Shown: in pieces, positions 58,761 to 64,000 of the stretch | Position numbering within the stretch: the first letter of the stretch is position 1 | How the letters are laid out: each line of letters begins with the position of its first letter | Source of the DNA: a virus | Taxonomy: Duplodnaviria; Heunggongvirae; Uroviricota; Caudoviricetes | DNA: 64,000 nt | IMG/VR virus record: IMGVR_UViG_3300028422_001686 | Strand: one strand, 5' to 3' | Program-made: the position numbers and the translations under genes | Notes under the pieces: model-generated | Seen by the model: only the letters and a program-made list of their open reading frames with translations | Databases searched by the model: none | Told to the model about the DNA's origin: nothing

Positions 58761-58797
58761 ACTGTTATTCTTACTTCTATTGGTAAAGGAGTTAAAT

Positions 58798-58956
58798 ATG
58801 ACACAATACTTTTGGATTTCTTCTACTGGTACAACATTAGGAGGACCATATACACAACAAGAAGCTCTTCAAATTAAGAAAGATTATCCTGAAAGACGTA
58901 TATGTTTTTGGGATGATGATTATGAAGAGTGGGTTGATGTTACTGTTTTAGATTAA
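58798..58956 (+). CDS. 52-aa protein, GYF_2-like
   Basis: RBS AAAGGAG; YFW.....LGGPYTQQEALQI...CFWDDDYEEW. Confidence 0.6.
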   Translation: MTQYFWISSTGTTLGGPYTQQEALQIKKDYPERRICFWDDDYEEWVDVTVLD

Positions 58957-59282
58957 AAGTTATCCCATAGAAGGTACAAGATGTATCCTTCACCTCCATA
59001 AAAAGAGGAGATTCTTACATTAAATGTGTTTAAAGGGTCTCCTCTTTTCCATTACTTACATAGGCAATTGTAAGAAAAACGTGTAAGTAGTTGATATAGT
59101 GTAAGTATTTTATCTTTCTATATCCTATCTTTCACAACTTTAATTCAATCAGTCATTTTAGTTTTATTAGATAGTTACTTTATCTATTTAACTTTTATAA
59201 ATAGGTTTATTTTAAATTGTTTTATCTATTACTCTTTGTTTTTATTAATATGTTTATTATTTTGGATAGTTAGGAGGTTATT

Positions 59283-59549
59283 ATGATTTATATAATATTT
59301 GCTTTAGTAATGGGTTATATAACTGGTATGGCTATTGCTTATTATGTAAGTAAGAGACATGATAGTGAGTTAAAGTGTTATGTTACTAGAATAGAACAGA
59401 TTATTAGTAACAATGCGGTGTTTTTTGATGAAGCTACTCCGTTTGAAGAGATTCATGAATTTACTATGAAATTGTCTAATCAGAGAGTTAAAGACTTATG
59501 GGAAGAGTATTATGCTTTGTCTCATAAAGTTAATAAGTTACTTGATTAG
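59283..59549 (+). CDS. Membrane-anchored protein, 88 aa
   Basis: RBS AGGAGG; N-terminal TM. Confidence 0.7.
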   Translation: MIYIIFALVMGYITGMAIAYYVSKRHDSELKCYVTRIEQIISNNAVFFDEATPFEEIHEFTMKLSNQRVKDLWEEYYALSHKVNKLLD

Positions 59550-59859
59550 GGAGGTTGTTATGTATGAAATGACTTTTAATGAAGCATTTGAATTGATTAA
59601 AGAACTTATTGTTGGTATTCATTTTGATAAAGAAAATTCTGGTTTTGATAAAGGTGACTTAAATGGTTTACCTACTATTGCTATTAGATATAAGTCTATT
59701 ACTTTTGTTAGTGTTGAAGGAACTAAAGATGTATTACCTTCTATGTATGTATTTAGAGGATTAAAGGTATATGAAACTAAGGCCGATAGTGAAGAGTTTG
59801 TTAGAATTATGTCTTTCTTTAGTGATGTTATTAGATCTGCAGGTGTTGTAATACAATAA
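59512..59859 (+). CDS. Hypothetical protein (likely start 59560)
   Basis: GGGAGG before ATG 59560. Confidence 0.65.
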   Translation: MLCLIKLISYLIREVVMYEMTFNEAFELIKELIVGIHFDKENSGFDKGDLNGLPTIAIRYKSITFVSVEGTKDVLPSMYVFRGLKVYETKADSEEFVRIMSFFSDVIRSAGVVIQ

Positions 59860-59877
59860 CCGGGCCGGTTTTTTATT
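59858..59877 (+). terminator. Short hairpin AACCG-GGC-CGGTT plus T run (terminator or promoter element)
   Basis: 5-bp stem, 3-nt loop, T tract, intergenic. Confidence 0.4.
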
Positions 59878-59893
59878 AATTAGGAGGTATTTT

Positions 59894-60181
59894 ATGGAAT
59901 TAGAAGAATTAAGAAAAAAGGCAATTGAATTGTACGAAGATATTATGTCTAAGAGTACAAAAGGAATGATTTTTACTCCTGGTATAACAGAAGAGCAAAG
60001 ATTAAATGAAGAAAAAGGAATGAGAAATGAAGTTATATTGGCTCTTGAAAAAATCATTGAAAAAGTATTTGAAAAAACAGACTCTATTGAATGTCCTTTT
60101 TGTGGATGTAAAAAAATAGATAATAAAGAAAGTAGTCATTGTTGGAAATGTGAAGAATGTAAACGAGATTTTCTTTATTAA
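59894..60181 (+). CDS. Protein with C-terminal Zn ribbon, 95 aa
   Basis: CPFC...CEEC; RBS AGGAGG. Confidence 0.7.
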   Translation: MELEELRKKAIELYEDIMSKSTKGMIFTPGITEEQRLNEEKGMRNEVILALEKIIEKVFEKTDSIECPFCGCKKIDNKESSHCWKCEECKRDFLY

Positions 60182-60216
60182 TTAGGAGATATTTACAAAG
60201 TTTTAAGGAGATTTTT

Positions 60217-60477
60217 ATGTATCAATTAACATTGAATAATGGAAAATATACTATCTACCTTAATGATAGTTCTGATAATGATAGATTTGTATTTAAATGT
60301 GAAAGATACAAAGAACCTTGGCGAAATTTAACAGGTGATAACTTAATGTTATCTCTTGTTTATAGAGTTCAGGAACTTGAAGAAAAACTGAATGAAATTG
60401 AAAATTGTTTAGTTTGTGGAGCTATTGCTGATCCTATGGAAATTGTTGAAAATTGTTTAAAAATGATTAATAAATGA
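60217..60477 (+). CDS. Hypothetical protein, 86 aa
   Basis: RBS AAGGAG. Confidence 0.7.
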   Translation: MYQLTLNNGKYTIYLNDSSDNDRFVFKCERYKEPWRNLTGDNLMLSLVYRVQELEEKLNEIENCLVCGAIADPMEIVENCLKMINK

Positions 60478-60484
60478 GGTCTTT

Positions 60485-60646
60485 ATGAAAAAAAATACTA
60501 AGATTAAATTATTAATTGTATTTTTGAGTTTTGGTTATATTTGGTACATGAATACATATAACAAAGAATTTGTTGATTGTGTTTCTAAAGCTAAAGCTGA
60601 ACAAATGAAAACAGGTAAGTTCTTTGTTTATGTTAAATGTAATTAA
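60485..60646 (+). CDS. Small membrane protein, 53 aa (MKKNTKIKLLIVFLSFGYIW...)
   Basis: GAGG upstream; below track cutoff. Confidence 0.55.
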   Translation: MKKNTKIKLLIVFLSFGYIWYMNTYNKEFVDCVSKAKAEQMKTGKFFVYVKCN

Positions 60647-60657
60647 AGAAGGTTTTT

Positions 60658-60945
60658 ATGCGACTTATTATCATAGAACAAGCTATTAATAATAGAGTTA
60701 TTAAAAGAATGAATAAATTGATAGTAGAAGATCATTATAGGAAGTTAAAGGCAAGTGAACGTAGGTTGGGTAAATATAATGAATTTACTATTAAAATAGC
60801 TAATTATAAGAAAAGTAGAAATCTTATTGTTGGTGAACAAGGTCTTTTTACGTATGATTTTTTAATAAGTCATAAATATCATGATTTAACTATTGAAGAA
60901 AAGGTTAAGCTTAAGTTGTTAATACAATTAGTCAAAGAATTGTAA
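60658..60945 (+). CDS. Hypothetical protein, 95 aa
   Basis: GAAGG upstream; packed ORF. Confidence 0.65.
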   Translation: MRLIIIEQAINNRVIKRMNKLIVEDHYRKLKASERRLGKYNEFTIKIANYKKSRNLIVGEQGLFTYDFLISHKYHDLTIEEKVKLKLLIQLVKEL

Positions 60946-60959
60946 TTAAGGAGGATTAT

Positions 60960-61046
60960 ATGCATATTACTGATACTGGTCCATGGATTTTGGGCATTTC
61001 ATTATTGATCAGCTTTGCTTGGTTTTATTTTAAATATTTAAGATAG
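60960..61046 (+). CDS. 28-aa TM peptide MHITDTGPWILGISLLISFAWFYFKYLR
   Basis: RBS AAGGAGG; fills the gap exactly. Confidence 0.55.
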   Translation: MHITDTGPWILGISLLISFAWFYFKYLR

Positions 61047-61055
61047 GAGTTATCT

Positions 61056-61256
61056 ATGAAAACAATCATTGAATTAGTACTTGATAATCTTAAGACTGTT
61101 TTATGTATTGATGAATATAATGCAGTATTAGTTTCAATGGTTGATGATGTTGTTAAGACCGATGAACAAAAGCGGGCTTTATTTGATTGTACTTCTATTG
61201 AAGAACAAGTAGGTCTTATTGAAGATATTTTAATTAATAAACAGAACAAGGAGTAA
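61056..61256 (+). CDS. Hypothetical protein, 66 aa
   Basis: RBS AGGAG. Confidence 0.65.
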   Translation: MKTIIELVLDNLKTVLCIDEYNAVLVSMVDDVVKTDEQKRALFDCTSIEEQVGLIEDILINKQNKE

Positions 61257-61259
61257 TTT

Positions 61260-61469
61260 ATGTTTCATATCATTTTAATGATTGTTATTGCTGTTGTTAT
61301 GTTGTTTCTTGTTTATTGTGGTGTACTTGAATTATTTTATTATATTTTAAGTATTAAACAAAATAAAAGATCAATCTGGGGCCGTTTTACGGATTTTGTT
61401 CAGATGATTGCTATGATTTTGTTACCTGTTTATATTTTGTATCAAATTTATAAGAAGGTAACTATTTGA
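61260..61469 (+). CDS. Two-TM membrane protein, 69 aa
   Basis: RBS AAGGAG; two hydrophobic helices. Confidence 0.65.
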   Translation: MFHIILMIVIAVVMLFLVYCGVLELFYYILSIKQNKRSIWGRFTDFVQMIAMILLPVYILYQIYKKVTI

Positions 61470-61482
61470 TAAAGGATTATTT

Positions 61483-61758
61483 ATGAAAAAAAGAGGTATA
61501 AATGGACATGTATTAGAACCATCATGTAAAGAATGTAGAGAAGATAGATGTGATGGTAGTACTTTAGCCTGTAGTTTTACTCGATGTATGTTGTGTGGAG
61601 CTGAAGATGATACACCTGAAGGAGAAAAACAATTTGATAAATTGTGTAAATCTTTAATTAAAGAAGATTGTTTAAGATGTATCAAATTAGATTTTAATTG
61701 TACAGGAGGTTCAGAAGAAGAATGTAAAGAAATGGGTGGTTTTATTAAATATAAATAA
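61483..61758 (+). CDS. Cys-rich protein, 91 aa
   Basis: 11 Cys, two similar CxxC...C.G....C units. Confidence 0.65.
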   Translation: MKKRGINGHVLEPSCKECREDRCDGSTLACSFTRCMLCGAEDDTPEGEKQFDKLCKSLIKEDCLRCIKLDFNCTGGSEEECKEMGGFIKYK

Positions 61759-61791
61759 TTTGTAGTTTTTCTGTTTAATTAGGAGATCATT

Positions 61792-62064
61792 ATGAAAATT
61801 ACCGATATTAAATTAACTCTTTTTGCTAAATCTAGTATTTTAGCAAGTGGTTATGTTACATTTGAAGATTTTATTAAAATCAAATGTAAAATTATGAATG
61901 GTAAAAATGGTTTATTTGTAAAATTTGGTGATTCTCATAAATCTGGAAATAAATGGTATGATTCTGTTATTATAAAAGATAGAAAAATAAGTGATTTAAT
62001 TCAAAAACAGGTTTTAAAGGCTTATGATAAGTTACTATTGGAAAATCAAATTAATTTTAAATAG
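61792..62064 (+). CDS. spoVG: SpoVG-family nucleic-acid-binding protein, 90 aa
   Basis: MKITDIKL...GYVTFEDF...KIMNGKNGLFV...KWYD...IQKQVLKAY matches the SpoVG pattern (MEVTDVRL...SITLD...VIDGNNGLFV...IQDAVLNEY). Confidence 0.8.
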   Translation: MKITDIKLTLFAKSSILASGYVTFEDFIKIKCKIMNGKNGLFVKFGDSHKSGNKWYDSVIIKDRKISDLIQKQVLKAYDKLLLENQINFK

Positions 62065-62073
62065 GAGATTATT

Positions 62074-62406
62074 ATGAAACATTCAAGATTTTCAACTCGT
62101 GGAATGGTTGGTACTAAAGGATTTCGTTCTCCAAGTACTGATGAAAAGAAAGCTATGATGAAAAAGCTTTCTGAAGATTTCAAAAAAGCTTATGTTGATA
62201 TTCATAATAAAGATTATGATGGTGTTAAATTGAATCAAGATGGCACTATCAATTTAGAAGAGACTTCTAATGCAGATATGAGTGCAATTAATGAAGCACT
62301 TAAAATCAGAAATAAAATGATCTTTGACTTGTTTAAAGACAAGTTTAAAGTCATGATTCCGTTGGCAGAAGATGGCAAAGAGGTAAACGAAGCTATGTCT
62401 GCTTAA
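62074..62406 (+). CDS. Hypothetical protein, 110 aa
   Basis: RBS AGGAG. Confidence 0.7.
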   Translation: MKHSRFSTRGMVGTKGFRSPSTDEKKAMMKKLSEDFKKAYVDIHNKDYDGVKLNQDGTINLEETSNADMSAINEALKIRNKMIFDLFKDKFKVMIPLAEDGKEVNEAMSA

Positions 62407-62443
62407 TATTAACCTTATAGTATTTGTAAACAAAGGAGGCTCT

Positions 62444-62929
62444 ATGAGCTTAACAAATGACGTAAGATTGACAGGACGTATTGCAAAAGTTCTGTCTACA
62501 GGTACTACTAATTCTGGTCGTTCAGCGATCAATCTTGTAGTGGCTACAACTGAGTATTGGAAAGATAAAAATGGACAATCTCAGAAAAGAACTGAATTTC
62601 ATCGCGTAACTTTCTTTGGTGCTCAAGCAAGACACCAATATATGAAAGTTGGGCGTTTAATTACTTTATCTGGTAAATTGAGAACATCACAATTTACTAA
62701 AGCTGGTAGTTCTGAAGTTCACTATTCAACTTATATTGAAGGTGAAAGATTTCAGTTACCTGAGAGTCAAGCTCAAGTAAATCTTCGTGAACAAAGTAAA
62801 GGAAATGTTAATAATGTTCCACATTATAATGCTGGTCAACATTCTAACAATCAACAAAATGGAGGTTATCAAACTAATATGGATTTAGATTGTCCACCTG
62901 AATATGTTACTGAAGAAATCCCTTATTAA
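62444..62929 (+). CDS. ssb: Single-stranded DNA-binding protein, 161 aa
   Basis: NDVRLTGRI, ATTEYWKDKNG, TEFHRVTFFG, VGRLITLSGKLRTSQF; Q/N-rich linker; acidic EEIPY tip. Confidence 0.92.
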   Translation: MSLTNDVRLTGRIAKVLSTGTTNSGRSAINLVVATTEYWKDKNGQSQKRTEFHRVTFFGAQARHQYMKVGRLITLSGKLRTSQFTKAGSSEVHYSTYIEGERFQLPESQAQVNLREQSKGNVNNVPHYNAGQHSNNQQNGGYQTNMDLDCPPEYVTEEIPY

Positions 62930-62973
62930 TAATTATTAAGTTTACTATTGGTCCTTATTTTTAGGAGGTATTT

Positions 62974-63276
62974 ATGGCCGATAAAAAGAAAGATGGAATT
63001 CTTGCTAAAAGTAAGAATAAATTAAAAAAGCTTTTTGATGATGCTAAGGCATATCAAGAAGACCTTGGTCTTACAAATTTTGAAGCTATTATGGTTATAG
63101 CAGTTGTTGTTATTTTGGCTGTTCTTTTTGTTTTGAATGCTCTTGAATTTGGAGTATTTATTGCTGCTATTGCTCTTCTTATTGATAGTATTTTTATGAC
63201 TCTTGTCACTTGTATTACTATTCTTATTAAAAGAGAAGTTTTCAAAATGAAAGATAAGGTTGTTACTGCTCAATAA
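62974..63276 (+). CDS. Two-TM membrane protein, 100 aa
   Basis: RBS AGGAGG; long hydrophobic hairpin. Confidence 0.7.
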   Translation: MADKKKDGILAKSKNKLKKLFDDAKAYQEDLGLTNFEAIMVIAVVVILAVLFVLNALEFGVFIAAIALLIDSIFMTLVTCITILIKREVFKMKDKVVTAQ

Positions 63277-63297
63277 TTTTGATTTTTGATATTTGTT

Positions 63298-63345
63298 TTA
63301 AACCCTTAGGTATATTTAATGATTATTTATATCTAGGGGTTTTGT
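63298..63345 (+). terminator. Probable terminator
   Basis: AAACCCTTAGGTATA...TATATCTAGGGGTTT imperfect stem followed by T-rich sequence. Confidence 0.5.
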
Positions 63346-63387
63346 ATTTTGGAGGCTATGGAAAAAGTTTAAAATTAGGAGTTTAAT

Positions 63388-63762
63388 ATGGATGATGTAA
63401 TGGATAAATTTAAGAATCTTGATTATTCTGAATTATTTATTGTTATTGTAGTCTTTGTAATGATAGTTTTAGCTATCTTTATGGGAGCTCAAGCATTATC
63501 TGGTGTATTTCTTGGATTTCTTACCTCAGTAGGTATTGGATTCTTGTTATTATATGCCAGACAAGGCGCGCCTAGAATTTGGAATTTTATTGTAAATGGT
63601 AGTGCAATTATTGATATATTGATATCTGCCGCTGTTGTTGCAATTTTAACTCCATCTACTGTTACTGGTATTATTGGTGGTGCAGCTGCTGGCATTTTTG
63701 TATCAGGTATGTTGTTGTTATTTAGAAAACTTATTGGTCCTGTTAATCTTGAGAATAAATAA
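63388..63762 (+). CDS. Multi-TM membrane protein, 124 aa
   Basis: RBS AGGAG; about four hydrophobic segments. Confidence 0.75.
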   Translation: MDDVMDKFKNLDYSELFIVIVVFVMIVLAIFMGAQALSGVFLGFLTSVGIGFLLLYARQGAPRIWNFIVNGSAIIDILISAAVVAILTPSTVTGIIGGAAAGIFVSGMLLLFRKLIGPVNLENK

Positions 63763-63795
63763 TAATATCATTTTTAAATGATTATTGGAGGATTT

Positions 63796-64000
63796 ATGAA
63801 GTTCTTATTGTTGATTGGAATGCTATTTGTTTTTGTAGCATGTGATGATAGTACATCGGAATCAATTAAAAAGGTTGTTGATGATGGAGATGTAAATACT
63901 CCTTCTTCCAAGACTATGTATCTTTTATATTTAAAAGGTCTTAGTTATGAGCGTTCTAATGGAACAGTTGGAAAGACTGGTTTTGATGGAAAGATGACTT
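63796..64000 (+). CDS. Lipoprotein, truncated at the right edge
   Basis: RBS GGAGG; MKFLLLIGMLFVFVAC-DDS signal peptide with lipobox. Confidence 0.7.
   Translation, partial: MKFLLLIGMLFVFVACDDSTSESIKKVVDDGDVNTPSSKTMYLLYLKGLSYERSNGTVGKTGFDGKMT

Noticed and set aside
58600-59280. CRISPR mini-array
   Set aside because: Repeats are 6-mers and inverted arms, not equally spaced 25-40-bp direct repeats.
1-64000. Stop-codon reassignment
   Set aside because: Coding density is near complete under code 11, and TAA, TAG and TGA all end full-length genes.
1-64000. tRNA/rRNA genes, integrase, transposase, endolysin
   Set aside because: None recognised by eye; tRNAscan-SE and HMM searches would be needed to exclude them.

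Overview
64 kb of a large (probably jumbo) contractile-tailed dsDNA phage, standard genetic code. 1-55206 is one tightly packed minus-strand virion morphogenesis module. In transcription order it holds: small-terminase candidate, two Gly/Ala-rich proteins, HNH, large terminase, portal with a MuF-like tail, prohead protease/scaffold, cement, major capsid, fibre/decoration genes, neck, sheath, three tube-fold genes, two chaperones, two giant proteins at the tape-measure position, hub and baseplate. The two giant proteins appear to carry enzymes. The 1600-aa protein begins with a DEDDh (DnaQ-like) 3'-5' exonuclease. The 1367-aa protein carries, in order, motifs of both double-psi beta-barrels of a two-barrel RNA polymerase (D376-E377, K551/K559, R946-x-P, D994-F-D-R-D998) between hydrophobic terminal helices, so it is a candidate virion-delivered single-chain RNAP. 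From about 55.3 kb the strand flips and the DNA becomes C-poor, with small early-type genes (including spoVG and ssb). This part has a GC-rich 13-bp repeat/hairpin at its entrance and a structured island at 58.6-59.1 kb (hydrophobic peptide under a long fold-back, TGTAAG cluster). All family calls come from visual motif recognition; no searches were run.
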